Assembly (NCBI GenBank): GCA_950097015.1
Contig: CATNEN010000038.1
Location: forward strand, 32,116,001 to 32,180,000
Length of the DNA stretch: 64,000 nt
Reading direction: 5' to 3'
Origin: Macrostomum hystrix
Taxonomy: Eukaryota > Animalia > Platyhelminthes
Numbering within the stretch: the first letter of the stretch is position 1; every line of letters starts with the position of its first letter. Below the pieces are notes generated by a model, which was not told where the DNA came from, did no database searches, and saw nothing but the letters and a program-made list of their open reading frames with translations. Of this stretch, positions 50,801 to 62,451 are shown piece by piece. The position numbers and the translations under genes are program-made.

Positions 50801-53800
50801 ATGTTTGTGTGTTGTTTTGTGATGAAAGAATCACTCTTAGATCCTCAAATGGGATTTCTGATGAAGGAATCAAATGGCTTTCAAGGATACAGAGGCATCA
50901 GGACTACTCACCTCTCTCAGGTCGCCACCATCCCAGCGAAGTGCTTTCATCGATTTTTCGTCCTCCATATGCAAAAACTCGCGTCGGTGATAAGCCTTGT
51001 CTACGGTTCGGAAAAATCACGCAGTGTAGGAAGAAGTATTTAAGATAAAACAATTATTCAGAACTCTGTTAATCTGCCGATTGTGAAGCAGATTTTTATG
51101 CAGATTTTGAAGCAGATTCTAAGAAGTTTAACAGCATTTTGTGAAGAAGAAGCGGGTTTTGTGAAGACTTTAAAAGCAGATCTTAAAGCGCAAACCTTTA
51201 ATGGCATGCAGCCAGCTGCCAGTAATCACGTGCTCAATTCTGGCGTAGCTTTCAAACTTAAGCTCGGCAGTTTCCTGCAGCACCGGGTGCAGCTTGAACA
51301 CCGTGTGCGGGTCGGTGGCATCGTCAGACAGCGACACCAGGAGCTCGCCGGATTCCTGGAATACGCTCAGGTACTTCCTGGTGGTGGCGTGACGGAACCG
51401 GAACTGCTGGTCCCAGGTGAGCACCTCGCAGTTCAGCATAGTGTTCTCGGACTCAATCTGCCAGTAGGTGATGGCCGATGTTGACTGGTGCATTGTGCGC
51501 GGGTTCAGCTGGTCAACCTCGCGTATGCGCAGGTGCACTTCACGGTGGGTTCGGGTTTTGGATGTGACAGCTAGCGCAACAGACTGCTAACTCAGCGACA
51601 GTCTCATCTCTCCCGTCTCATCTCTCCCGTCTCATCTCTCCCGTCTCATCTCTCCCGTCTCATCTCTCCCGTCTCATCTCTCCCGTCTCATCTCTCCCGT
51701 CTCATCTCTCCCGTCTCATCTCTCCCGTCTCATCTCTCCCGTCTCATCTCTCCCGTCTCATCTCTCCCGTCTCATCTCTCCCGTCTCATCTCTCCCGTCT
51801 CATCTCTCCCGTCTCATCTCTCCCGTCTCATCTCTCCCGTCTCATCTCTCCCGTCTCATCTCTCCCGTCTCATCTCTCCCGTCTCATCTCTCCCGTCTCA
51901 TCTCTCCCGTCTCATCTCTCCCGTCTCATCCGAGTCTCATCTCCGAGTAGCTTCTCTCCTGTGTCTCATCTCTCCCGTGTCTCATCTCTCCGAGTCTCAT
52001 CTCTCCCGTGTCTCATCTCTCCCCGCGCCTAAGCGTGACCAGTCGAATAGTACAGAACTCACCATCTTCAGTGACGTCGTCATTAAAAAGGCCCTCGGCA
52101 ACAACGTAGGCCTCGAGTTCCTTGTGAAACAGCTGCACAAACTGTCCACCCTGAGTGTGGTAGAATTTTTGAGTAATTGGAGAAGTAGAAAATGAAGACA
52201 CTTAACTGACAGACAAGCAACGATAGTGGATTATTTTGGCGACACAAATCATAATGTCCTCCAAGCTGAGTCTACTCACCCTGGCGAACACTTCAAACTC
52301 AGCCAGATGCGAATGCGATTTCAGGATGGTAAATCCAGTCTGATCCACGCCAAGGTTCAGCTCCGAGCTATGAAATTAGCATTGGTTTGAAATTTTCAAT
52401 ACATATCGTGTAAAATGCTGTTTTACCTAAAATCCTCATTGGGATAATAAAAACTGCTTAAGTTGAATTCGGTGAACCTCAAATATGCTTTGCTTTGAAG
52501 TGCAATTTTTATATTCCTTAATTCTTAATTACTAGCAATAGAATATTAATACTAATATTTATAAATGAGAAATATATGCAAAAAACACAATCTCTAGCGT
52601 TTTTCGATACATATCGGAAACCGATTTTTCTCTTTTAGCCCCCATGTAGTCCTAGAAGAATCTGATTTAACTATTTTCTAATTTTATTCGCGGTGGGTCT
52701 TCCACTCTGCAGTTCCTTTACTTTACAAACGAACTCCTCCTGTTCGTTTGTTTCCTTCGGAGGAAATCCGTTTGTAGTGAATTTTACCGTCACTCCTTCT
52801 GTGTCCACAATCCTTACACAATCCTTCCGGCGTCGATTGGGAAGCCGTGACTAGCGTGAAAGAAGTGACCAGGACTCTTAATCGACTCAAACGAGATTTG
52901 ATCTAGCAGTTGAACCTGCAGCAAGAAATAAAGTCGAATTTATTATTAACACGACACATTTTTAACAAAGCGTACTGCTGTTTATCTATCAAATTATTGA
53001 CTTACATATTCGCCCTCCGATTTGACTTTATACCTGGGCAGAATACGAAACTGGGCGTTCTTTGAATTAAACTCGTGCAGGGAAAGCTGAAAAGTTGCAG
53101 ATGCTTTTGTGTTAGTTTATAACTAAATTGTTTTTTAATGACTTAACGGTATATAACATTGTACCGAAGCGGATAATACTGAATCTGAGGGGATAAAATT
53201 GGATCTAAGGGGTTAATATTGAGTCTGAGGGGATAATATTGAATCTGAGGAGATAAAATTGGATCTAAGGGAATAATATTGAATCTGAGGAGATAATATT
53301 GGATCTAAGGGGATAATATTGAATCTTAGGAGATAATATTGAATCTCAGGGGATAATATTGAATCTCAGGGGATAATATTGGATCTAAGGGGTTAATATT
53401 GAGTCTGAGGGGATAATATTGAATCTGAGGAGATAAAATTGGATCTAAGGGAATAATATTGAATCTGAGGAGATAATATTGGATCTAAGGGGATAATATT
53501 GAATCTTAGGAGATAATATTGAATCTCAGGGGATAATATTGGATCTAAGGGGATAATATTGAATCTGAGGGGATAATATTGAATCTGAGGGGATAATATT
53601 GAATCTGAGGGGATAATATTGAGTCTGAGGGGATAATATTAAATCTGAGGGGATAATATTGAGTCTGAGGGGATAATATTAAATCTGAGGGGATAAATTT
53701 CAAACTGATGACATTCAAACTGAGAGGATAGAGTTTAAACTGGGGAAAATTTCTCTAAAGCTTATACCAGTTTCGAAAGATGGAACGTTCATCAGAGCCC

Positions 53801-56023
53801 ACCTATCGCACGAAATGATATTATAGATGTAAAGCAAAACTGTTGTAGAAAAGAATAACTTCATGATAGATCTTGGTGGAATGCGTACAAATCCTAAAAA
53901 TAATTGCCGAGAAAGTTTTAGGCAAAAGCAGGAAACTGTTTCGTGAACTAGCAACTGAAGCAGCAGCAGCAGCAGCCACAGCAGCAGCAGCAGCAGCAGC
54001 AGCAACAGGAGGCACCATATTTTTGTGGGCTGTATGTGCCATGCAAATCAGAACGAGCGGGGTGGGATAGAGAGGAGAGAGACACGCGCGGCAAGAGAGA
54101 TGTATGATGCTGAAACCGAGGTGAACCAAGGTGAGGTTCAAGAGCAGATTTTGGTGGAAGTCAGCCAAGCAGCAATATATTGCGATGACCGTTAAAGTTC
54201 GGTTGCAGTTTGGGTGTCCATTTAGCATCTGTGAAACGAAAATCCCCTAATTTTTAGGATTTAGCGAACGAAGCTAGATGGACGAAAAAATCATTGATTT
54301 CGGGACAAAAACTTCACTTACCAGCATGTTGTTCTTGTCATACTGGCTGGTCTGGTTGGTGTTAACGTGGACAAACTTGCCAGTAAAGACGTGTTTCAGC
54401 TGGGAATAGGAAAATTTGATAGTTCGTTTCTTTTTCAAGCCGAAAATTACATTAAACGGGTCAGTACAGGGGTCTGTACTTGGGTCAGGACAGGGGTCAG
54501 GACAGGGGTCAGTACTGGGGTCAGGACAGGGGTCAGGACAGGGGTCAGTACTGGGGTCAGGACAGGGGTCAGTACTGGGGTCAGGACAGGGGTCAGTACT
54601 GGGGTCAGGACAGGGGTCAGTACTGGGGTCAGGACAGGGGTCAGTACTGGGGTCAGGACAGGGGTCAGGACAGGGGTCAGGACAGGGGTCAGGACAGGGG
54701 TCAGGACAGGGGTCAGGAAAGGGGTCAGTACTGGGGTCAGGACAGGGGTCAGTACTGGGGTCAGTACTGGGGTCAGGACAGGGGTCAGGACAGGGGTCAG
54801 GAAAGGGGTGCGGTCCAGAAACAAGGCGCGGAAGCAATAAAGAGTTCTTACAAGTGCTCAATTTCATCAATTCTCACCTGGATAATCTCACCGTAGCGAA
54901 CGCGCTTGCCCTGGTTTCTCTTCTGTTCGGCCATGTTGTCGACACTCTCGGCTAGGGCAGCGCTTCTAGCCTGCTCGTAGTACTCTTGAGTGGCGTCCGT
55001 TGGTCCGCCACCTCCTTCGCCTCCGCCGCCGCCGCCGATGCCACCGCTGCCGCCACCGCCGCCACCGTTGCTTGAAGCCAGCGCAGCAACCACGGAGCTC
55101 TTGCTAGTCAACTTGCGATACTTCTTCTCCAGCTTGTAACGATTCTGAATGCATACTTCGAATAGGAGAACTGTACGGGTGTTTGAGATGGTTGTGAGCA
55201 CGAGTTTAGAGTTTGGACTGCTAATTCTACTAGGGGGTCGGTGGCAGAGCGGTTAACGCGTTTGCCTCTCGCACCAAGGTCCCTGAGCACGATTCCGCCG
55301 CGAGGCCGCATTCATTTGGGGCGCAGCCGCGGAGAGAAGGCTTGGGGACTTGTCGTGAAATTTACGCCTTTGAGGGCCAACCTCCCATGCACAGTGAAAG
55401 TGTACACTGCCTGAAGATGAGAACGTCAGTGTGCTCAAGAGTTTGCGGAATGGGCAGAATTGCCTCCTCGCTGGCTGCAGGTCCAGTGTCACCACTATGG
55501 CAATTGCCCGCAGCCCTCCTGAAATTATGCTGCTGCTGCCAGTACTGTTACTCTATTTTTTATCTTCTACCTTGAAGGACTTTGTCCCTCAACTCAGTGG
55601 AATGGAGTGTCTGCATGCCAATTAGCTCAAAAAGCTGTGTATATGCGATTAAGCAATTTATTAAATTGCCAAAACAGCAAAGCGGTTGAGTGTTTGTGTA
55701 CCCATGATCACAGATGAGTTGAGCAGTTGCGGGTGACAGCCCGCTGCGCATTCTGATATGAATTTTTTTTATAATACCTACTCATTTTTTGAGTCTGTGA
55801 GCTTTAACTTTAACTCTCAATGGGATTACTAACAGAATATTGGGGAGAATGCTAATAAACCAGATTGTACTAGATTATGCATGGCCAATATAGGGCTTAC
55901 CTTGCGGATCTGGCACCTGGATAGGATGGTCTCTGTCCAGGTTGTGGTACACGTACAGGCTGTTGTACGCGGTGCTGTAGGGTGGGTAGGGTGGGTTGAC
56001 TGTTTGGTTAGAATTTAGAACAG

Positions 56024-56060
<37 letters not shown>

Positions 56061-56080
56061 CCTTTCTATCTATATATCTG

Positions 56081-56144
<64 letters not shown>

Positions 56145-56145
56145 C

Positions 56146-56193
<48 letters not shown>

Positions 56194-56514
56194 GTATCTA
56201 TCTATCTATCTATCTATCTATATATGTATCTATGTATCTATGTATCTATGTATCTATGTATGTATCTATCTATCTATCTATAATAAACCATAGATTAGAG
56301 GTTAGATTAGTTCGTAACCTCGACCAATAACTGAAGTCTATGGTCAAAGCTTATTATTTTAGTGTCGAGCCACATAAAAAACCAGCAAACATGAGAAGTA
56401 ACTTTGAGATCACCTCGAGCTTTGTGAGAATGCATGACCGTCGGTATCCTCGCAGTACAGGCTGATAAAATCGCCGATGCACACGAAACCAGCTGTGCCA
56501 GAACCGGCGGTCAT
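23880..56514 (-). CDS. ITPR: Inositol 1,4,5-trisphosphate receptor-family (IP3R/RyR superfamily) Ca2+-release channel, roughly 40 exons, divergent type
   Basis: Phase-consistent GT-AG exons: 56414-56514 (MTAGSGTAGFVCIGDFISLYCED), 55901-55974, 54878-55170, 54322-54399 and 53006-53086; MIR-like exons at 51.2-52.9 kb; RQKLLRN and RKNALYF (IP3-binding core region); RIH-associated CDGQHFGLQNYLREQ; TM exons; GLNIIFGIIVDTFSELR (S6); CFIC...H...EHNMWAY zinc finger; stop at 23880. Confidence 0.93.
24792..25151 (-). CDS. ITPR: IP3R-like exon encoding S6 and the C-terminal C2H2 zinc finger
   Basis: NLVPDD...FFILITTVGLNIIFGIIVDTFSELR...CFICSRNSYDFEHHGMGFDYHVRQEHNMWAYIFF. Confidence 0.92.
25547..25725 (-). 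CDS. ITPR: IP3R-like exon encoding S5, a short luminal loop, the pore helix and the filter
   Basis: GLSLIWVSVLGIAIMYLFAVLAFAQFRHAFPGPNAMMFCQDLHQCFVSVLRFGLIGDLFE; acceptor TTCCAG and donor GTGAAT, with phases matching both neighbours. Confidence 0.88.
26520..26887 (-). mobile_element. tRNA-derived SINE, family A, copy 2 (intronic, sense to ITPR)
   Basis: Highly similar to 10928-11288, with A/B boxes and an (ATT)n tail. Confidence 0.9.
28990..29322 (+). mobile_element. tRNA-derived SINE, family A, copy 3 (intronic, antisense to ITPR)
   Basis: GTGGCAGAGCGG...CTCGATTCC...GAGGGCCAACCTCCAAGGCAC...GGGCAGAATTGCCTCCTCGCTGGCTGC; small internal deletions. Confidence 0.9.
29832..32005. repeat. 12-bp minisatellite (CAGCACTCAATC and variants), ~180 units, filling an ITPR intron
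   Basis: Directly visible; lies between the donor GTAGGG at 32018 and the RIH-associated exon ending at 29506. Confidence 0.97.
32800..33290. repeat. Degenerate (ATCA)n microsatellite
   Basis: Directly visible. Confidence 0.9.
36878..37095. repeat. ~20-bp minisatellite with a GTCTAACAGGTG core
   Basis: Directly visible, intronic. Confidence 0.9.
37545..38570. repeat. 15-bp pyrimidine-rich minisatellite (CCCCTCGTGTCCTCT)n
   Basis: Directly visible; source of the spurious SPRVL/GEDTR ORFs. Confidence 0.95.
39238..41000. repeat. Compound minisatellite: ~28-bp GATCGTGTCTAACATCTTGGGGATTTGA grading into 18-bp GATCGTGTCTAACATCTT
   Basis: Directly visible, intronic. Confidence 0.95.
41803..42025. 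repeat. 17-bp repeat GGATTAAAATCCTCAAG with an internal palindrome
   Basis: About 13 copies; GGATT/AATCC arms in each unit. Confidence 0.93.
42817..43068. repeat. 80-bp tandem repeat x3 spanning an ITPR exon end and splice donor
   Basis: ctcaacgt recurs at 42821, 42901, 42981 and 43061; each unit contains CTGATT|GTGAGT on the - strand. Confidence 0.93.
43425..43568. repeat. 26-bp repeat CGACCAATCAAAAGAGCGCAGGGTAA, ~5.5 copies
   Basis: Directly visible. Confidence 0.9.
43975..44645. repeat. ~30-32-bp minisatellite GAGAACCTATTTCAGGAAAATTCCAC(T/C)AGA
   Basis: Directly visible, intronic. Confidence 0.95.
45018..45880. repeat. ~33-35-bp degenerate minisatellite TTTAGAATCCTCAATTAGGGATCACAACAAATA
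   Basis: Directly visible, intronic. Confidence 0.92.
46446..46720. repeat. ~23-bp GC-rich repeat GCGGAGTGAGGTGGCGGTCCCAA
   Basis: Directly visible. Confidence 0.85.
48530..48840. repeat. 21-bp repeat TGTCCTCAATGTCTGTCTGTC
   Basis: Directly visible. Confidence 0.9.
49162..49875. repeat. 20-bp minisatellite AACCTGTTAGACAATGAGA(A/G), ~35 copies
   Basis: Directly visible. Confidence 0.97.
50118..50655. repeat. 16/32-bp minisatellite CTCAATCTCTACTG(T/C)G / CTAAAACACAACTGTG
   Basis: Directly visible. Confidence 0.93.
51601..52022. repeat. 14-bp variant (GTCTCATCTCTCCC)n of the 16-bp satellite
   Basis: Nearly perfect 14-bp array; a few 16-bp parental units remain at the right end. Confidence 0.95.
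53170..53700. repeat. 20-bp minisatellite GAATCTGAGGGGATAATATT
   Basis: Directly visible. Confidence 0.95.
54458..54810. repeat. 12-bp G-rich minisatellite GGGGTCAG(GACA/TACT)
   Basis: Directly visible; regularly spaced GGGG runs. Confidence 0.95.
55232..55530 (+). mobile_element. tRNA-derived SINE, family A, copy 4 (internally deleted)
   Basis: GGGGGTCGGTGGCAGAGCGGTTAACGCG...CGATTCC...GGGCAGAATTGCCTCCTCGCTGGCTGC. Confidence 0.9.
56024..56282. repeat. (TATC)n microsatellite
   Basis: Directly visible in ITPR intron 1. Confidence 0.97.
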
Positions 56515-56813
56515 TCTGGACTGGAACACTAATATTTGTTATACTATTTTCTATAAAATTTGATTCTGAAGTCGGCAAAATATACTTTGAACTTTTAAAG
56601 ACACAATGAAGTCGCGATGTTACACGACTGACACCGAATTGTTAAATTCTCCGACCATGAGAGACAGATGGATATAAATATATATATATAGAGAGAGAGA
56701 GAGAAAGAACGGAAAACCTGGTTTTGGCCTTTCGCGATTGGGACGGAGGAGGAAGTTTTCTGAGGGATGGTTTGGGAATTTACGATTAGTTATGGGATTG
56801 GTTGCTAGGGTTT

Positions 56814-57170
56814 ACACACACACACACACACACACACACAGGCAGTACCAAAAATGCAAATGCCTAGGAAAAAGGTATAACAATTATAATAGGAGGCATT
56901 GGTTTTTGTTTCGCATGGATCACGAAGTCACACACACGCACACAACACACACAACACACACACACACACAACACACACAACACACACAACACACACAACA
57001 CACAACACACAACACAACACACACAACACACACAACACACACAACACACACAACACACACAACACACACACACACACAACACAACACACACACACACAAC
57101 ACACACACACACACTCACACACACACACACACACTCACACACTCACACACACACACACACACACACACAG
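56814..57170. repeat. (CA)n / (CACAA)n microsatellites upstream of ITPR
   Basis: Directly visible. Confidence 0.95.
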
Positions 57171-57789
57171 AAACGGTTGAAACGAACTATCCATTGGTAT
57201 GCAGATTTTTTTCGAACAAAAAAACTTTCAGACAGAAGCCGAATCTAATTTTTCTTTTTCCGGAGACTTTTGCGACGAATATCTGTATAGACCAGTTTGG
57301 CGGGCCATCTGCCCGGGCCTGGGCAAAGTTCTAGCTCATCGAACTAGCTGTAGATTCATCTATAGAAGACAATATGCTAAACTAAAAAAAACATAAAGCT
57401 TTCAAGTTGAAAGCGCAATCATTCATCACGTCGCTACGTATGCATGCGACAGTTGTGTGTGTGTGTGTCTTTTGCATGATGATGGACGCCTTGCATATAA
57501 TTTTCTGTATAGTGTGTAAGGTTATTTGCATATTAAAATTTATCTTTGATATTTTTACCAGTAGAACTGAACCAGGAGTTTCATTTCTTTTTTGTTTTTT
57601 TTCTGGATTCTATACAAAAATTTAGCAGCATAAAACAAAACTACTTGTATTTTTGCGAACTTTCTAATTGCATATATGACGAAGTTGGGGGTACAGTTAC
57701 AGAAAAAAATAGATTTTTAGCGGCGTCAAATATATTTAAATTTAGACACAAAATCCTTCAGAATAAAAGAATTATAATTCTGTGAACTG

Positions 57790-58393
57790 CAGCCTTCAAA
57801 GTAATTGCCGCCACTTTCTGGTGCCAGCTCCTGATGCAGCCCTGGAAGTCCTCCCTCGTGATGCCTCTCAGCACCCATGGTACGCTCTCCTTTATGGCGT
57901 CCAAGTCTTCAAATCTGGATCATTTGAGGACCTGCTTAACCTTGGGAAAGAGCCAGAAATCACACGGCGCCATTTCCGGTGAATAATGTGGGTAACAGCC
58001 CCACTGGGCGATGTCCAAACGCAGCTGTTTCTGCACGTGATCGTCAGTGAGCAATTAACTTCGGCACTAAGATTTTCGACAAGACTGTTTTTAACTGACT
58101 CCTTGGCCACGCCCAACTCAGCAGCGATCATTATGATGGTAAGACATAAACCAAATTTCACCAAAAACTTGATGTTGATTCGTTGCTCGATGTTCTCTTA
58201 TTGTGACACAGCAGTGTGACAGCTGTAATGAAAAGTAAAAAAAACTTTGCAAAGAAATAAAACATTTCTGTAAAAAACTTCTTCCTAGAAGCTGAGAAGC
58301 TGAGCTTTAAGAAGACATCGATTAATTTTAGTAAAAGCTCGTATTTTTCAGATTTAAACAGCAATTCTCATTACTTTTTGGCCACACCTCGTA
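57790..58393 (-). mobile_element. Mariner (Tc1/mariner) relic, heavily deleted, with a 5' TIR
   Basis: Mariner-like TIR TACGAGGTGTGGCCAAAAAGTAATGAGAAT at ~58364-58393. Fragments EQRINIKFLVKFG, MIAAELGVAKESV, YSPEMAPCDFWLFPKVK (YSPDLAP motif) and EDFQGCIRSW...GGNYFEG, with stops and deletions. Confidence 0.88.
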
Positions 58394-59553
58394 TTACATA
58401 TTTTTTCAAACACATACTTTAAATTTCGATTTATTTTAAATGCAAGATCCAACACGATCATGAGGGATGCAATTGCTTCAAAAAATAGAAACCATTAAAA
58501 GTAAATGCTTATTCAAAAGCTCTTCAAATTTAATTCATTAAAAAGCATTGTATGCACGACCAAACTTTTTATATATGAACATTTTTCCGGTTTTAAATTT
58601 AGCGCTATAATTAGTTATCGCTTCCTATTAGAACAAGTCTTACAAAAGAAGCGTTTTATTGAAATTATAAACTTGAACTGTGATCGATTTTTGTACAAAT
58701 CAACAATATAATAGTTTAGAAGAACAAAAGAGTCTATTTTATCAGAGTACCTAAGCTAAATAGTTTTTCGTGGATTTTTAAATGAAAAAATTCGACGTTT
58801 ATATTTAATTTATCTTAGGTTAAGTTAGGGTGTATTGCAAATTACATTACTAATACTGAATCATAAAAACAGCACAACTTTGTTCACAACTACACCTTCG
58901 ACTTTAAAATAAAGTATTTTTATGTTTTAGTAACTGTTTAGTTGGTTATAAAATGCGAAAAAATAGCGCTAAAATGAACTTCGGAAGTACCATCCCATAA
59001 TGGACACGATTTTCACGGACAACAGAAACAATGTTGTATAATTTTTGTTTGCTTTTACAATTTCATAAGGCAATAGTATTCTTAAACATTTACTTGTAAC
59101 TATATCATGCATTTAGTATTTTTCATTTGCTTGGGTTTCAACTTTATCTTTGATCTCTGCTTTCTTAATATTAAAAAAGAAAAAAATCTGAAAATGCATC
59201 TACTGTAACCCATGCTGGATTTCTCTCGTATCCATTATTCAAGGACGCAATAAGTCAAATGTTCATAAATAAACAAACAAATAAATAAATAAATATATAT
59301 ATATATGTGTGTGTGCGTGTGTGTTTGTGTCTGTACATTAAACACAACTGGGTTTAACTTTACAAACTTAGTTATATACTGTTTGTTTAGTACATTTCCA
59401 GTATATTATATTATATATACTGCTTGTTTTTTAATATATTATATGCATGTTTACTACTACACTTTTGTAAATCTATGCTTTCAGCCTAGGTGCTAGTAAA
59501 AATTCCAATCTGATAAGACAACAATAAAACCTGAACAAGCAGTCCTGGAGTAA

Positions 59554-59826
59554 ATGGCATCAAAGACTCTGCAAGCGCCACAGCCAACTCGCCTAGTGCG
59601 ACCAAAGAGCTGGAACGAAGAAGTTGAAGACGCCTACAGATTCCAGCTCGCTGGCTATCGAGATGCCACAGAGTATCGGGCGCTTCGCGGCGAGGATCCG
59701 GCGCGCTGGAATGAGACCGGCTTTGTCAAGAAACTGGTTAGGCGCGACGGTTGCTTTTATTATTTTAACCGTTTGCGCGAATGCCTGGACAAAGATGTGC
59801 ACAAGTGCAAGCTCTACTGTTATTAA
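59554..59826 (+). CDS. MEIG1: Meiosis-expressed gene 1 protein homolog (90 aa)
   Basis: KSWNEEVEDAYRFQLAGYRDATEY...RWNETGFVKKLVRRDGCFYYFNRLRECLDKDVHKCKLYCY closely matches MEIG1 over its full length; a TTTCAG acceptor at ~59484 suggests a 5'UTR intron. Confidence 0.95.
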   Translation: MASKTLQAPQPTRLVRPKSWNEEVEDAYRFQLAGYRDATEYRALRGEDPARWNETGFVKKLVRRDGCFYYFNRLRECLDKDVHKCKLYCY

Positions 59827-60729
59827 ACTATTTAAATGATTTTTTAATCGTTTTTTGTTTCTTTGTTAAAATTATCGTATTTTAAACACCCGATTGATTA
59901 TTGAAGGTGTCAAATCATGAGTTACATTCACGTGATTCGGTTCCCCGATAAATGATATATAAAAATTGTTATAACAATTTACCTATACGAAATGTTGACT
60001 ACATGTAATGGTGCATATTACTATTTATGTTTGCTGTGAAATGTTAATATTTGGAATGGCTTAATAGTTTCCGAAAATAATTAGTTGGTAAAAGTTCGTT
60101 GATATGATCAAACAAAGTGAAGTTTTTGCTACTTTTGCCCCTGATTAATAATATAAATAGCTGTCAGTTAACATTTACTGTCCTCTGCCACTACTGTACA
60201 TTTATTTCATTGTGTTTTAATGAATAAAATTTGTTTATCCACTCGCATTAAAGCTGGAGATAAGATCGTATTTATTCCTGTAACGTGTCTTTCATATTAC
60301 TTTTTCCCGGATTTCAAGTTTGTAAAGTTTAACAAAAATGAAACGAAAAGTGGGCAACCTGCAAACTGATTTGTCAAGACTCCATGCATAAGAGCGAGAA
60401 AAAAACTTGCATGACTAGAAGCAGAATCTCATGCACTATATTAAGCAATTGCTTTTATTATCCGTGCAAATTGTAAGAATAACAGTAAATTGGTTGCAAA
60501 AAATGCTACTGATGTTTTTAGAATGACAAAAGACAAACTGCTTCTACAAGAAAAAATCCATCAGAAAAATATTGTAACTGTTTTTTTAAAAGCTACTACA
60601 TATAGCTAAGTAGTTTAATTTCAACAGCCTGCTATTATGCATTAGAATAAGTAACAATTAATATTTAAGCCTGAAGGGTAAAGAATTTAGTTTAGTGATA
60701 AATATGTTCTGAAAACTTTGACGGTGCTT

Positions 60730-62075
60730 CAAGATATACTGAAGGATTTGATAGTGACAGAAGATATACTGAAGGATTTGATAGTGGCAGAAGATATACT
60801 GAAGGATTTGATAGTGGCAGAAGATATACTGAAGGATTTGATAGTGACAGAAGATATACTGAAGGATTTGATAGTGGCAGAAGATATACTGAAGGATTTG
60901 ATAGTGGCAGAAGATATACTGAAGGATTTGATAGTGGCAGAAGATATACTGAAGGATTTGATAGTGGCAGAAGATATACTGAAGGATTTGATAGTGGCAG
61001 AAGATATACTGAAGGATTTGATAGTGGCAGAAGATATACTGAAGGATTTGATAGTGGCAGAAGATATACTGAAGGATTTGATAGTGACAGAAGATATACT
61101 GAAGGATTTGATAGTGGCAGAAGATATACTGAAGGATTTGATAGTGGCAGAAGATATACTGAAGGATTTGATAGTGACAGAAGATATACTGAAGGATTTG
61201 ATAGTGACAGAAGATATACTGAAGGATTTGATAGTGACAGAAGATATACTGAAGGATCTGATAGTGACAGAAGATATACTGAAGGATTTGATAGTGACAG
61301 AAGATATACTGAAGGATTTGATAGTGACAGAAGATATACTGAAGGATCTGATAGTGACAGAAGATATACTGAAGGATTTGATAGTGACAGAAGATATACT
61401 GAAGGATTTGATAGTGACAGAAGATATACTGAAGGATTTGATAGTGACAGAAGATATACTGAAGGATCTGATAGTGACAGAAGATATACTGAAGGATTTG
61501 ATAGTGACAGAAGATATACTGAAGGATCTGATAGTGACAGAAGATATACTGAAGGATTTGATAGTGACAGAAGATATACTGAAGGATTTGATAGTGACAG
61601 AAGATATACTGAAGGATTTGATAGTGACAGAAGATATACTGAAGGATTTGATAGTGGCAGAAGATATACTGAAGGATTTGATAGTGGCAGAAGATATACT
61701 GAAGGATTTGATAGTGGCAGAAGATATACTGAAGGATTTGATAGTGGCAGAAGATATACTGAAGGATTTGATAGTGGCAGAAGATATACTGAAGGATTTG
61801 ATAGTGGCAGAAGGTATACTGAAGGATTTGATAGTGGCAGAAGATATACTGAAGGATTTGATAGTGGCAGAAGATATACTGAAGGATTTGATAGTGACAG
61901 AAGATATACTGAAGGATTTGATAGTGGCAGAAGGTATACTGAAGGATTTGATAGTGACAGAAGATATACTGAAGGATTTGATAGTGACAGAAGGTATACT
62001 GAAGGATTTGATAGTGACAGAAGATATACTGAAGGATTGGATAGTGACAGAAGGTATACTGAAGGATTTGATTGT
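60730..62075. repeat. 30-bp minisatellite AAGATATACTGAAGGATTTGATAGTG(A/G)CAG, ~44 copies
   Basis: Very homogeneous array with no spacers. Confidence 0.98.
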
Positions 62076-62451
62076 GAAACAATGTGTAGTTAAAGACGAA
62101 AACATTACGGCAAACAGAATAAGCGAGTAGCACAGAAAATTATAGATAATGAGATCACACGAATCTGACATATTTTCAACAATTTAATTTATAAAAACGA
62201 CTAAAAATAACTATTTATTTTATATCACACACATTCAAGCTGGTCTGCGCTCAATAGAAAGAAGCTGAACTTCTCATGCAAAATCATTCGACTAGAATGA
62301 GAAAAAAGCAACTACAGGGCCAGGTCGAATGAATGCAAAGCGGTGAATGCAAAAATCAATATAGATTTTTTTCAAAAAAGCAACTCATTAGCATGCAATG
62401 GTCAAAGCGAGACCAACGTAAAAAATTCTTCATTACCAGAATAAGCGACAG

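Noticed and set aside
60658-62171. CRISPR-like array, or a 470-490-aa repeat protein
   Set aside because: The 30-bp units are head-to-tail with no spacers and there are no cas genes in this eukaryotic context. ORFs open on both strands because the period is a multiple of 3.
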